Of a DNA stretch of 53,848 nt, positions 1 to 9,704 are shown in pieces (position 1 is the stretch's first letter; every line of letters starts with the position of its first letter). The stretch lies in contig JAVKIH010000016.1 of assembly GCA_031459625.1 (NCBI GenBank), positions 1 to 53,848 on the forward strand, read 5' to 3'. The translations under genes and the position numbers were made by a program. The notes below the pieces were generated by a model that saw only the letters and a list, made by a program, of their open reading frames with translations, had not been told where the DNA came from and did not search any database. The stretch comes from Candidatus Geohabitans tengchongensis (GTDB lineage Bacteria > Sysuimicrobiota > Sysuimicrobiia > Sysuimicrobiales > Humicultoraceae).

Positions 1-779
1 TCACCGATCGCCGCGATACGGCTCCCGACGCGTTCGACCCGGCCCACCGTAAGGTTCGTCACGATGTTGACGCCTTCGGCCCGCAAGATCTCCGTCAGAG
101 CAACTGAGACCTCCGGCTCATACGCAGGCAGGATCCGAGGACTGCGTTCGAGGACGGTGACTGCGCTCCCCAGCCGCTGAAAGAGCTGGCCGAGTTCCAG
201 GGCGATATATCCCCCGCCGATGATGAGCAGGGAGCGAGGCAGTTCCCAGAGCTCCACCGCTTCATCCGCAGCAAGCAGGTCAGAGGTCAGGTAGGGCACC
301 TGGTCGAGCCCGGCGATGGCCGGGATGATCGGCCGGGATCCGGTGGCAATGAGGTAGTGGTGACCGCGGAGTTTCCGGCCGTCGACTTCGACGGTGCCGT
401 CCGGAGCGAAGCCCGCCTGTCCCGTGTGGACCGCAATCCGACCCGCGTCGGCGACGACGGACTGGTACTTCTTGTCGCGAAAGTCATCGATGATCTCGTC
501 CTTCTGGCGGATGAGTGCCGGGAAGTCGATGTCCATGCCTCGCGACAGCAGGCCAGGGAAACGCGGCCGGGTCGCCTCCCAGTAGACCCGCGCCGCCTCA
601 ATGAGGTTCTTGCTGGGAAGGCATCCCCGGTTGACGCACGTTCCGCCCAGAACGCGTGACTCCGTCATGACCGCGGTCTTCCCCAGTTCGGCCGCCCGGA
701 TGGCCGCGGCGAAGGCCGTCGTTCCGGAGCCGAGGATGACGAGGTCGTAGGTCTCTTCGGCTGCGCTGTCTCTACCCAT
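1..779 (-). CDS. merA: Mercuric reductase MerA (partial, runs off left edge; no N-terminal NmerA domain)
   Basis: Hand translation from ATG 779: [59 protein letters not shown]. Contains the FAD-binding GxG, redox-active GGTCVNxGC and later [13 protein letters not shown]. Lies downstream of merB and merR. The diagnostic C-terminal Cys pair is outside the window. Confidence 0.85.
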   Translation of the reverse strand, partial: MGRDSAAEETYDLVILGSGTTAFAAAIRAAELGKTAVMTESRVLGGTCVNRGCLPSKNLIEAARVYWEATRPRFPGLLSRGMDIDFPALIRQKDEIIDDFRDKKYQSVVADAGRIAVHTGQAGFAPDGTVEVDGRKLRGHHYLIATGSRPIIPAIAGLDQVPYLTSDLLAADEAVELWELPRSLLIIGGGYIALELGQLFQRLGSAVTVLERSPRILPAYEPEVSVALTEILRAEGVNIVTNLTVGRVERVGSRIAAIG

Positions 780-1243
780 CCCGATATCCCCCGGACTCTC
801 GTCCGTCCACTGTTTAGTGAGCGGACGGGTTTCTGGAAGCTCTGAATGATCGCGAAGCAGGGGCACTCCTCGACCGTCCGGACGCCTGGTGATACCTCCG
901 CTTTCAGCAGGCGCCGCAGCCGCCGGAGGTCTCCCCGGATCCGCTCGAGCTGGGCAATTTGACCCTCTACCTTGGTGAGGTTGTCAGTCACCAGGGCGAG
1001 CACGTGCTCGCAGGGGGCCGCGCCCTCGTCCCGAACGGCCAGGATGCGGCGGATGTCTGCGAGGGACATGCCGAGGGCCTTGGCCCGGCGGATGAAGTGC
1101 AGACGATTGACGGTGTCCTCTTCATACATCCGGTAGCCGGCAGCGGTGCGCCCACTCGGGCGGACGAGCCCGACCCGGTCGTAGTACCGGAGGGTCTTAG
1201 CCTCGAGGCCGGCGAGATTTCCCAAACGTCCGATCGTGAGCAT
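665..1243 (-). CDS. merR: MerR-family metal-responsive transcriptional regulator
   Basis: MerR HTH (TIGRLG...[10 protein letters not shown]...GYRMY), coiled coil, Cys78/Cys127/Cys129. The low-complexity tail overlaps merA by 115 nt. Confidence 0.9.
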   Translation of the reverse strand: MLTIGRLGNLAGLEAKTLRYYDRVGLVRPSGRTAAGYRMYEEDTVNRLHFIRRAKALGMSLADIRRILAVRDEGAAPCEHVLALVTDNLTKVEGQIAQLERIRGDLRRLRRLLKAEVSPGVRTVEECPCFAIIQSFQKPVRSLNSGRTRVRGISGWVETAQPKRPTTSSSSAPERRPSPRPSGRPNWGRPRS

Positions 1244-1252
1244 GGGATCCTC

Positions 1253-1915
1253 CTAGCGACGGTCCCCCAAACCGAGGGCGTGGCCGAAATTCCGCGCATT
1301 CGTGACCTGCCCGAGTGTGAATGCTTCGTCCAGAGAAAGCAGAAAAGTTCCGGGATGGCGCGAGAGCCAGGCCTCTGCAGCCTCGGTGTCGCGGAAGAAA
1401 TAGACAAAGTGGCAGAAGTTCACAATGACGTTCCGGTCGAAGGTCCGGTCGGGCGCGAGGAAGGAAACGACGACGGTGGGCGGCGCGACGTTCCGGATGC
1501 CCTCCGGACCGACCTCCAAGGAGATCCGCGCTTTCGTCACGGGGCAGACCGATTCCACGGCCGCCGTCTTACCCAGGATGCCGGGGATGAACAGGCTATC
1601 CCAGGCACACCAGGTGTAGAGCGTTCTTCCGTCAATCGTAAAGTGGTGGGGTGGCATCTCGGCCACCGTGAGGCCGCCGAAGCCGATGACCGCGCCGTGG
1701 TCGTCCCGGAAGAGGGGCCACTTCGGGATGGTAGCCTCTACTGTGGCTTCGGGCAGGCTGACGGCATCCGCGACGCGCTTGAGGGGAACCGGGGTCCCTT
1801 TGCTCAGCAACCGGTATAGGGCGACCGCCACCTCCTGGCCCCTGGCGTCAAACCGGGGGACGGTCCCGACGATCTTGTCCGCCAGGTCCGCGGTTTTGGA
1901 TGTCGTTTGGTGCAT
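1253..1915 (-). CDS. merB: Organomercurial lyase MerB
   Basis: Catalytic YTWCAWD motif, SVCPVT and NFCHFVYFF, with an N-terminal HTH-like region. Confidence 0.93.
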   Translation of the reverse strand: MHQTTSKTADLADKIVGTVPRFDARGQEVAVALYRLLSKGTPVPLKRVADAVSLPEATVEATIPKWPLFRDDHGAVIGFGGLTVAEMPPHHFTIDGRTLYTWCAWDSLFIPGILGKTAAVESVCPVTKARISLEVGPEGIRNVAPPTVVVSFLAPDRTFDRNVIVNFCHFVYFFRDTEAAEAWLSRHPGTFLLSLDEAFTLGQVTNARNFGHALGLGDRR

Positions 1916-1960
1916 TTCATGAACCCCCTACGGGGCTGCCATGATGCGCTCAGCTAGCCC

Positions 1961-1992
1961 ATTCTAAACCTTAAACCCAGGTTCAAGGTCAA
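1961..1992 (-). promoter_or_regulatory. MerR-type promoter and operator of the mer operon
   Basis: Minus strand TTGACC-N20-TAGAAT. Dyad ACCTTGAACC-TG-GGTTTAAGGT (9/10 match) spans the elongated spacer. Confidence 0.85.
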
Positions 1993-2306
1993 CAAACTCT
2001 TAGCACTCGTGTGGCGCCGTTAGATCAGCACCCGTTTTCTGATGCGGTCGCCCCAGCTCTGGAGAAGGAGTTCGAGTCCAGACTCGAAGACATCCGGATC
2101 GCAGTCAGCCGAAAGACCGATCGCAACCCCTCGTGGCAGGGGGCAGCCGAGGACGTGCGCGGGGTCGGAGTTTCGGCCGCGACAGGTTGATCTGCTCCAT
2201 GCTTCACTGATGAAGTGGACATCGACGTAGGGTGGCGGGTAGCAGACGGTGGGCCACTTACGCCGCGCCTGATTCTTCGGCTGGAGCGGTCATGACAAAT
2301 GCGGTG

Positions 2307-2325
2307 GTGGGTCAATTTGACCCAC
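2307..2325. repeat. Perfect 9-bp inverted repeat GTGGGTCAA-T-TTGACCCAC
   Basis: Read directly from intergenic sequence; function unknown. Confidence 0.7.
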
Positions 2326-2675
2326 TGCCCGGAGGCGCCCATGCGGGTTTCTCGGTTGGTCGCGGGCACACGTTCGGGGGGCAGGGCATCAAGCCACCCT
2401 CCCCGTCCGGATGAAGTCAGCCACAATATAAGACGCCCTCCCGGCACCACGAACTCCCCTGTTATCGGCTGTTCACTTCCTCGGTTTGGCGTGTGCCACC
2501 TCCCCCCGTGGGAGGCCCCCTCGGTCATAACGACGCGCACCTCGCGGTCCTGCAGTTGCTGCACCTCGCGGCGGAAGCCGCACCGGACCAGCGCCATCCA
2601 CACCACCCCCGGGCATGATGCTGCAGCCTGTGCGCCCGGCCCGGGCAAGAATACCCAAGCTGTGGCGCGGTGGGC

Positions 2676-3041
2676 TCAACCTTCCGGCTCCAGCAGTTCC
2701 AGCCGGTTGCCGAAAGGGTCCGCCGTGTACAGACGCCGGAAACCGGGCAGGGGCGCGTCCTCGACCACCGCGGCACCATGCTCCTGCAGGCGTCGGCGCC
2801 ACGCCTCGAGGTCGGTCACCTCGAGGGCCACGTGCGCCTTGCGTGCCGGGCGGAAGTCCTGCTCCATCCCGATGTGGAGCTCCAGCCCCCCGCAACGGAA
2901 CCAGACGCCTCCGCGAGCCGCGAGGTGAGGCGGCTTGGGAATCTCCTCCAACCCCAGCAGGTCACCGTAGAAGCGGCGGGCGGCCTCCTCGCACTTCGGC
3001 GGGGCCGCGATCTGGACGTGGTGGATGGCGCGCGCCCGCAT
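2676..3041 (-). CDS. VOC/glyoxalase family protein
   Basis: MRARAIHHVQIA...FYGDLLGL...HVAL...DPFGNRLEL. G-rich RBS before ATG 3041. Confidence 0.88.
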   Translation of the reverse strand: MRARAIHHVQIAAPPKCEEAARRFYGDLLGLEEIPKPPHLAARGGVWFRCGGLELHIGMEQDFRPARKAHVALEVTDLEAWRRRLQEHGAAVVEDAPLPGFRRLYTADPFGNRLELLEPEG

Positions 3042-3156
3042 GCCCCTCCCCCAAGTCGGTTTCACGGACACTGACTGGACGTCGACCCGTCCATCACCCT
3101 TCGCTACATCCCTCCTGACTGCTCGCGGCGCGCGCCGGGCAGTCGCCTCAACCACC

Positions 3157-4908
3157 TCATCCGTCCACCCCCCGGAACGTGCCTTGGGTGGGCATGAGCA
3201 GCCATGCCGGCTCCGCCAGCAGCCGCCCTACCGCCGCCAACGCCTCACCCCACGCCTCCGGGCCGACGGGCAGGCCGACAGTGCGGGGGGGAAGGACCGT
3301 CACCACCGGGACGTCGACCTCGGGCGGGATCCCGGCCAGCTCGCGCGCCGTGCGCACCGCCGCCTCGAAGTCGCCCAGCTCGTCCACCAGGCCGTGGCTC
3401 AGCGCCTGCGCGCCCGTCCACATCCGCCCGCGGGCCACCGCCTCCATCGCCTCGGGCGTCAAGCGCCGCCCCGCCGCCACCCGGGCCTTGAAGCGCGCGT
3501 AGACCTCGTCCATCCACCGGCGCAGGGCCGCCCACTCCCGGTCGGTGTACGGCACGGTTGCCGACGGCATGGTGGCCGTCGCGCCCAGCGCGATCACCTC
3601 GGGGCGCACGCCCGCCTTCGCCGCCAGCTCCCGCACGCTGAACTTCCCGGCGACGACGCCGATCGACCCGGTGAGCGTGGTGCGCGCGGCGACGATCCGG
3701 CGCGCTGCGCAGCTGACGTAGTACCCGCCCGATCCGGCAACGCTGCCCATGTGCACCACCACGGGCTTGCGCCGGTTCACCCGCTCCACCTCGCGCCAGA
3801 TGAGGTCGCTGGCCACCGCCGACCCACCCGGCGAGTCCACGTGGAAGACGACCGCTGCCACCCGGTCCATGCGCTCGGCCGCCCGGAAGGCCCGGGCCAC
3901 CGTCTCGTGTCCCGCCAGGCGTCGGCCGAGCAGCGGCAGGGGGATGGGGAGCTCGCGGCTCTCCCCCGGCACGATCGCCCCGACCAGCTGGACGACCGCG
4001 ATGGCGCGCCCCTGGCGGTCCCGCCGGCGCACCGGCACGGGGAGGCGTCGGGCGACCTGCTCCCACGGTTGCAGGCGCGCCGAGCGGCCGTTCCGGCCGA
4101 GCAGGCGGGGGAGGTCGTCCTCGAAGGCGACGAGGTCGACCAGGCCGCGCGAGCGCGCCGCCTCCGCCGACAGCAGGCCCTCGTCCACGGCCTCGCGCAC
4201 CCGCTCCGGCGCGAGGCCCCGCGAGCTGGCCACTGCCGTGACGATGTGGTCGAAGACGTCGGTGAGGAGGGCAGTGAGCATCTCGCGCTGCGGCGCCGGC
4301 ATCTCCGGGTAGAGCCAGCGGTTGGCGGCGGTCTTGTACTCGGCGATGTGGTGGAACTGCGGCAGCACCCCCAGCCGGTCGAGGGCGGCGCGCAGGAAGG
4401 GCACCTCGGTGCGCGGGCCGAGGAGGGCGAGTTCAGCGCTCTCCGGCACGACCAGCCGGTGGGCGGCGCTGGCGACGTAGTACGCGGGGAGGTCGGCCAT
4501 GGGCAGGTAGGCCGCGAGGTGCTTCTCTGAGGCGCGGAAGGCTTCGAGGGCCGCACGCAGGGCCTCCAGGGCGCCGAAGCCGGCCTGCAGGTCGTGCACC
4601 TTCAGCACGACGCCGTCCACCCGCGGGTCCGCGGCCACCCGGCGCAGGCGCGCCCGCACCTCCTCCAGGCTGAGCGCCGGTTTGCGGCCCAGCCACCGGT
4701 GGAGCCGGGGCACGCGCTCGTGGCGCTCGGGCAACGGCCCGCTCACGTCCAGGACGACGAAGTCCGGGGCGGGCAGCAGGCCGACCAGCAGGTTCCGCAC
4801 CGCCTGCAGCGCCTGACCCGCGGCCTGGGCGAGGATACCGGCCAGGGAGGGGACGTGCGCTCGTCGACGTCCGGCTCGTCCAGGCTCTGGCGTGTGACGA
4901 TCAGCCAC
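3157..4908 (-). CDS. sppA: Signal peptide peptidase SppA (S49, long form)
   Basis: Two S49 domains: YYVASAA, EYKTA, VDSPGGS, AGSGGYYVS, TGSIGV, ARGRMWTGAQA. Confidence 0.9.
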   Translation of the reverse strand: MADRHTPEPGRAGRRRAHVPSLAGILAQAAGQALQAVRNLLVGLLPAPDFVVLDVSGPLPERHERVPRLHRWLGRKPALSLEEVRARLRRVAADPRVDGVVLKVHDLQAGFGALEALRAALEAFRASEKHLAAYLPMADLPAYYVASAAHRLVVPESAELALLGPRTEVPFLRAALDRLGVLPQFHHIAEYKTAANRWLYPEMPAPQREMLTALLTDVFDHIVTAVASSRGLAPERVREAVDEGLLSAEAARSRGLVDLVAFEDDLPRLLGRNGRSARLQPWEQVARRLPVPVRRRDRQGRAIAVVQLVGAIVPGESRELPIPLPLLGRRLAGHETVARAFRAAERMDRVAAVVFHVDSPGGSAVASDLIWREVERVNRRKPVVVHMGSVAGSGGYYVSCAARRIVAARTTLTGSIGVVAGKFSVRELAAKAGVRPEVIALGATATMPSATVPYTDREWAALRRWMDEVYARFKARVAAGRRLTPEAMEAVARGRMWTGAQALSHGLVDELGDFEAAVRTARELAGIPPEVDVPVVTVLPPRTVGLPVGPEAWGEALAAVGRLLAEPAWLLMPTQGTFRGVDG

Positions 4909-5077
4909 CGACCGGCCTCCCTCGGGTCACAGGCGCCACATGCCCCGCTGCCTGCAGTCATCCTCCTCCCTTCCGTGAGTCTTGCCCGGCCTCCTGCGCA
5001 GGACCGTTGCGACACTGCCGAGCTCGTGCTGCGTCAGGATTCCGCACGCCGGGGGCGGCGGCCGCCGCCTGCGGCAC

Positions 5078-6037
5078 TCACGGCACCAGGACGAGACGGC
5101 CCAGCACCCTGCCCTGACGGACGCGACGGAGCGCCTGGTTGGCCTCCGCCAGCGGCATCGGCTCTACGTGCCAGGTCACGGCCCCCCGCCGGGCCAGGTC
5201 GACGACCGTACGCAGCTCCTCCAGGGACCCCCAGACCGACGTCGTGGCGTGGACCTCGGGCGGGAGCGTGTCGAAGCCGACGGTGATGCGCCCGCCGCCT
5301 GCGCCCACCTGGACGATGATCCCGCCCGGCTGGACCGCTGCGGCCGCCAGGGCCAGGGTGCGGCGCGTCCCGACGAAGTCGAAGACCGCACGCGCCTGCG
5401 GCATCGAGGCCGCCTCATCGGGCCGCCGCGCCTCGTCGGCGCCCAGCTCCGCGGCCCGCCGGAGCTTGGCAGGGTCGCGGTCGACGGCCACGACCCGCAC
5501 CCGCGCCATCACCCTCAGGTACTGCAGGGCGAACTGGCCGAGGCCGCCGATGCCGATCACCAGGGCCGTGTCGTGCTCGGTGAGCCAGGGCAGGGCGCGC
5601 CGTACGGCGCGGTAGGGGGTGAGGCCGGCGTCGGCCAGCGGTGCGGCGCGTACCGGGTCGAGGTTGCCCAGCGGAATCAGGTACCGTCGGGACGGCACCA
5701 CCATCCACTCGGCGTAACCGCCGTCGGCGCCCCAGCCCGCCTCGACCGCGTCGGGGCACAGCTGCTCCTCGCCCCGCCGGCACCAGGCGCACGTGCCGCA
5801 CCCCCAGGCGGCGTAGACCAGGACAGGGCCCATCTCCGGGGCCTCTCCGGCCACCTCGTGCCCCAGGACGAGGGGCAGCCGGATGCCGCCGAAGGCGCCA
5901 TCGGCGATGTGCACGTCGCTGTGGCACACGCCGGTGGCGAGCACCCGGACCAGGACCTGCTCGCCCCGCGGGACCGGCCGGCGCCGCTGCACGAGCCGGA
6001 GAGGCTGGCGGAAGCGGACAAGCACCATCGCCCTCAT
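5078..6037 (-). CDS. Zn-dependent alcohol dehydrogenase
   Basis: GVCHSD, GHE, structural Zn motif CGTCAWC-x7-C, GIGGLG. The ATG overlaps the upstream stop (ATGA). Confidence 0.92.
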   Translation of the reverse strand: MRAMVLVRFRQPLRLVQRRRPVPRGEQVLVRVLATGVCHSDVHIADGAFGGIRLPLVLGHEVAGEAPEMGPVLVYAAWGCGTCAWCRRGEEQLCPDAVEAGWGADGGYAEWMVVPSRRYLIPLGNLDPVRAAPLADAGLTPYRAVRRALPWLTEHDTALVIGIGGLGQFALQYLRVMARVRVVAVDRDPAKLRRAAELGADEARRPDEAASMPQARAVFDFVGTRRTLALAAAAVQPGGIIVQVGAGGGRITVGFDTLPPEVHATTSVWGSLEELRTVVDLARRGAVTWHVEPMPLAEANQALRRVRQGRVLGRLVLVP

Positions 6038-6280
6038 CGGGGTGAGGGCCGGTCGAGGCCGTGAAAGCGCGTTTGGAAGAGTACTCCCGCGCCGATGGCG
6101 AAGGCGACCCAGGGGCCGACGTAGAGCGCCGTGGCCCGTCCGCCGATGATCCGCCGCGCCATGAGCATCGTCGGGACGCAGGTGCCGCCCGCGCCCCGCA
6201 GGCAGGTGAAGGCCGGCCCGGGGGCGAGCCCCAGCTCCAGCGTGGCATAGGTCAGGGGGACTATGCACACTCCTGCATAT
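6034..6280 (-). pseudogene. C-terminal remnant of a DUF318/ArsP-like permease
   Basis: YAGVCIVPLTYATLELGLAPGPAFTCL...TCVPTMLMARRIIGGRATALYVG...AGVLF resembles the last helices of these permeases. The N-terminal part is missing. Confidence 0.5.
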
Positions 6281-6393
6281 GTGTTCCCGCCCGGTGACGG
6301 GCAGGTCAAGGTTCAGCGGAGGGGGTAGGATAGAGCCATCGCCTGGATGGGCAGCCACGCCACCGACCGGACGGGTCGGGAAGGGAGAGCCCC

Positions 6394-7374
6394 ATGCTCA
6401 CGGTCCGCGGACTCCTGCGGGTGCAGCTCGACGAGACCTTCGCCCGCGAGGGCTGGCACCCGCCGCTTGCCACCGCCGTGCACGGCCTCACCGCGGCCCA
6501 GGCCGCCTGGAAGCCGGCGCCGGAGCGTCACTCCATCTGGCAGATCGTGCGCCACGTCATCCACTGGAAGCGCGGCGTGCTGCGGGCGCTGGAGGGGGAC
6601 CCGCCCGACTACGAGCGGATGACGGCCGAGGACTGGGCGGAGGTCTCAGGCGACCAGGCAGCCTGGGAGGCGGACGTGCGCGCCCTCCAGGAGCTCTACG
6701 AGGCGTTCGGCCGGCTCCTGGAGGCACTGGGGGAGGACGGGGTGCAGCGGGCCGTCCAGGCCTACCGCCAGTCTTCAGGCCCCACCCCGGTGGCCCGCCG
6801 CTTGCTGAACGCGTTCACCCACGATGCCTACCACACCGGGCAGATCCAGTACCTGCGAGCCCTCCAGGGCATCCCGCTCGACCGGCTGATGACCGCGGCC
6901 TGGGACGGCCTCGGCGACCGTCTGGCGCAGGTCCTCGACCAGGCCCCCGCTCTCGTCCACGCCTACAACGGCGACGGGTGGAGCGCTCTGCACATCGCGG
7001 CGCACGCCGGACAGGCCGAGGCGGTGGCGATGCTGCTGGACCGCGGAGCGGACCTGGACGCCCGCTCGCGGAACGCCCAGGCCAACACGGCCCTCCATGC
7101 GGCGATCGCCGGGTGGCGGAGCGACCGCCGGACCGCCGTGGTCGACCTCCTGCTCGGGCGCAGCGCCGACCCGAACGCCCGAGATGCCCGGGGCAACACG
7201 CCCCTGCACCTGGCGGCGCACGAGGGTGACGCGGCGGTGGCCGGTCGGCTCCTGTCCGCCGGCGCGGATGTGCACGTGCGGCGCGCCGATGGCGCCACCC
7301 CCGTGGAGGTCGCGGACGCCCGGGGACACACGGCGGTCGCCGACCTGCTGCGCGCCCGCGCCGCAGCCGACTAG
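6394..7374 (+). CDS. DinB/YfiT-family domain fused to ankyrin repeats
   Basis: HSIWQIVRHV and HDAYHTGQI (His triad), followed by ankyrin repeats GWSALHIAA, NTALHAA, GNTPLHLAA, GATPVEVA. Confidence 0.88.
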   Translation: MLTVRGLLRVQLDETFAREGWHPPLATAVHGLTAAQAAWKPAPERHSIWQIVRHVIHWKRGVLRALEGDPPDYERMTAEDWAEVSGDQAAWEADVRALQELYEAFGRLLEALGEDGVQRAVQAYRQSSGPTPVARRLLNAFTHDAYHTGQIQYLRALQGIPLDRLMTAAWDGLGDRLAQVLDQAPALVHAYNGDGWSALHIAAHAGQAEAVAMLLDRGADLDARSRNAQANTALHAAIAGWRSDRRTAVVDLLLGRSADPNARDARGNTPLHLAAHEGDAAVAGRLLSAGADVHVRRADGATPVEVADARGHTAVADLLRARAAAD

Positions 7375-7535
7375 GCCCGACCCGCGTCCCCGGCCGGTGC
7401 CGCCCGCCGGTGTGATCCGGCGCACAGCGCTCGGTGGGTGTGGACAGCGTCACACCGCGGCCGTAGCCTGCGGCAACGCCTCCCCGGCGGCCTCCGGGGT
7501 ACAGTGCCTCCAACGGCAGACCCGGAGGCATGGCG

Positions 7536-7999
7536 ATGCGGCTGGCAACCATGGCGCTCCTGACGTTGGTCCTGGTGGCGGGCGCCGCCCGCCCGGGTGA
7601 GGGCGGGGGCTCGCCGAGGCCGCCCGCAACCTGGCCGAGAACATCCTGGGCCCGGGCACCGTGACCCACGTCGCTGCCGCCTACGGCGGTGCGCTGATCA
7701 CCCTCCGCTGGGAGTCGCCGACCTACCGGGCCACGCACGAGCTAGCCTTCAACCAGGAACTGCTGTACACCGAGGCGGCATTCGCCACGGCGGCCATCAT
7801 GCGCTACCTCCAGGAGGTGCGGCAGGTCCGCTTCGTCATCCTCCACCGCAACCGGGTGCTGGCCACCGGCCAGGGCAGCCGCAGCGGGGTCCGGGTGCGG
7901 TTTGCCCCGGAGCTCGGGGGCGGAGAGTACGTGCCGCCGGCCCAGCCGGAGCAGCCGGCAAGGTCCGGAGGTGGGGGATCGGCCAACGCCGTCCGCTAG
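7536..7999 (+). CDS. Secreted hypothetical protein, frameshifted at G5 run 7605-7609
   Basis: GGAGG RBS and signal peptide MRLATMALLTLVLVAGAA. Adding one G joins it to LAEAARNLAENILGPGTVTHV... (ORF 7661-7999). Confidence 0.65.
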
Positions 8000-8068
8000 C
8001 GCTTCCCGGTCTGCACCATCCCCCCGGTGGGCATATCTCGTAGGCTGCCCCTGAGGGGCGCCGGGAGG

Positions 8069-9163
8069 ATGGAACCGGTGCCGCCCGCGTTGCACCAGTC
8101 TACGGCCGGTCCCCGGGAGACGGTCCCGACGCGCCGGGCCCCGCTCCAGATGGGGATGCGCCCCGCCCGCGTGCTGGTGATCGACGACGACCCCTGGGTG
8201 CGGACGGCGGCCAGGCGCGCGCTGGAGCCGTTGGGCGCCGTCGTCGAGGCCGCTCCGTCGGCGGCCGAGGGGCTGGCGGCGGCGCGCGCCGCTCCTCCCG
8301 ACCTCGTGATCCTGGACAGCACTCTCCCCGACGGGGAGGGATTCGCGGTGCTGGAACGGCTGCGCGAGGAGGCCGCCACCCACGCCGCCCCCGTCCTCTT
8401 CCTGGGCGCCGACGACGACCCCAACACCGAAGTCCAGGCCCTGGAGCACGGCGCCGCCCACTACCTGGTGAAGCCGTTCATCCTGCCCCGCCTGGTGGCC
8501 CGGGTGCACGCCATGGTGCGGCAGCGCAGCCGGGAGGAGGGGCTGCGCCAGCGCGTGCGCTTCCTGGAGGAGATCGCCGTCTCCGACCCGCTCACGACGC
8601 TGCGCAACCGCCGCGCCCTCGAGGAGGGGCTCTACCTGGAGGCGGAGCGGGCCCGTCAGCGCCACCACCCGCTCTCCTGCGTGGTCCTGGACATCGACGG
8701 GTTCAAGGGGATCAACGACCGGTATGGCCACCGCGTCGGCGACGAGGTGCTGGCCCAGGTGGCCAAGACCATCCTCGAGCGCCGCCGCGAGCGGGACGTG
8801 GTGGGCCGTTACGGGGGCGAGGAGTTCGTGTGGCTCATGCCCGAGGTGGGGCGGGAGATGGCCCTGGAGCTGGCGGAGTGGCTGCGCCGGACCATCGAGG
8901 AGATGGAGATCCCCACCGGCGAGGAGAGCTTCACCTTCACCGTCAGCCTGGGCGTCTCCACCTACTGCTGGAGAGAGCACGGCGTCGTCGCGGCGGACCT
9001 GCTCTTCGAGGCGGCGGACAGGGCGCTGCTGCGGGCCAAAGCCGCGGAGAAGAACCAGGTGGTGTTCATGGACCTCCTCCAGGCCGCGGCCGAGAAGGAC
9101 GGACCGCGCCAGCGCCCTGGATTTGACGGTGCGCTACCTGTCGAGTCTGCTCCGGGATCGTAG
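8069..9163 (+). CDS. Response-regulator diguanylate cyclase (REC-GGDEF)
   Basis: VLVIDDD, DLVILD, YLVKPF; DIDGFKGIND, RxxD I-site (RERD) and GGEEF. Start codon uncertain. Confidence 0.92.
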   Translation: MEPVPPALHQSTAGPRETVPTRRAPLQMGMRPARVLVIDDDPWVRTAARRALEPLGAVVEAAPSAAEGLAAARAAPPDLVILDSTLPDGEGFAVLERLREEAATHAAPVLFLGADDDPNTEVQALEHGAAHYLVKPFILPRLVARVHAMVRQRSREEGLRQRVRFLEEIAVSDPLTTLRNRRALEEGLYLEAERARQRHHPLSCVVLDIDGFKGINDRYGHRVGDEVLAQVAKTILERRRERDVVGRYGGEEFVWLMPEVGREMALELAEWLRRTIEEMEIPTGEESFTFTVSLGVSTYCWREHGVVAADLLFEAADRALLRAKAAEKNQVVFMDLLQAAAEKDGPRQRPGFDGALPVESAPGS

Positions 9164-9251
9164 TCATGCGCCTACGTGCCTGCTGAAGGCGACGCCTCGC
9201 AGTCAGGGGGAAAACGTCCTCGGGAGTCACGACGGAACAATGGAGGATGCC

Positions 9252-9473
9252 ATGGCACGGTACGGGCCGAAAGCCCAGCAGGCTGTGGAAGAGACAATGC
9301 GCAAATACAAGCGCGGACGGCTCCGCAGCGGGAGCGGCCGGAAGGTGAAGAGCCGCCGGCAGGCCATCGCCATCGGTTTGGCTGAGGCCAGGGAGAAAGG
9401 AGCAAAGGTCCCACGCCCGCCGAAGCGGTCGAGCAGGCGGCGGGCGGCGGGCAGGAGCCGGAGGAGGCGCTAG
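9252..9473 (+). CDS. Small basic DUF6496-like protein
   Basis: MARYGPKAQQAVEETMRKYKRGRLRSGSGRKVKSRRQAIAIGLAEAREKGAKVP, preceded by a GGAGG RBS. Confidence 0.8.
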   Translation: MARYGPKAQQAVEETMRKYKRGRLRSGSGRKVKSRRQAIAIGLAEAREKGAKVPRPPKRSSRRRAAGRSRRRR

Positions 9474-9704
9474 CGGGTTCCGCCCTGGAAAACGGGAGGA
9501 GGCAACCCGCGTCACTTCAGGGTCTCGGCCGCCCGTGCTGGGGAGAATGACGGGGACTCCCGCCCGCGGCGAATCGACCTGATGAGACCAATCGCCGTGC
9601 ACAGGGAACCACGAGGAGGTGAGCGCAGGCTGTCGAAGGTGTCCATCTGAGGGTCGTTGCTCATCGTGGAGCGGTGACAGGAGGCTGCCGACCGCGGCTG
9701 GGGC

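Noticed and set aside
2066..2090. GTTCGAGTCC resembling a tRNA T-loop (possible att site)
   Set aside because: No T-stem, acceptor stem or cloverleaf can be built around it.
2025..2648. 207-aa minus-strand ORF in the mer junction
   Set aside because: No motif or clear RBS, and atypical composition. At most a short fragment is a gene remnant.
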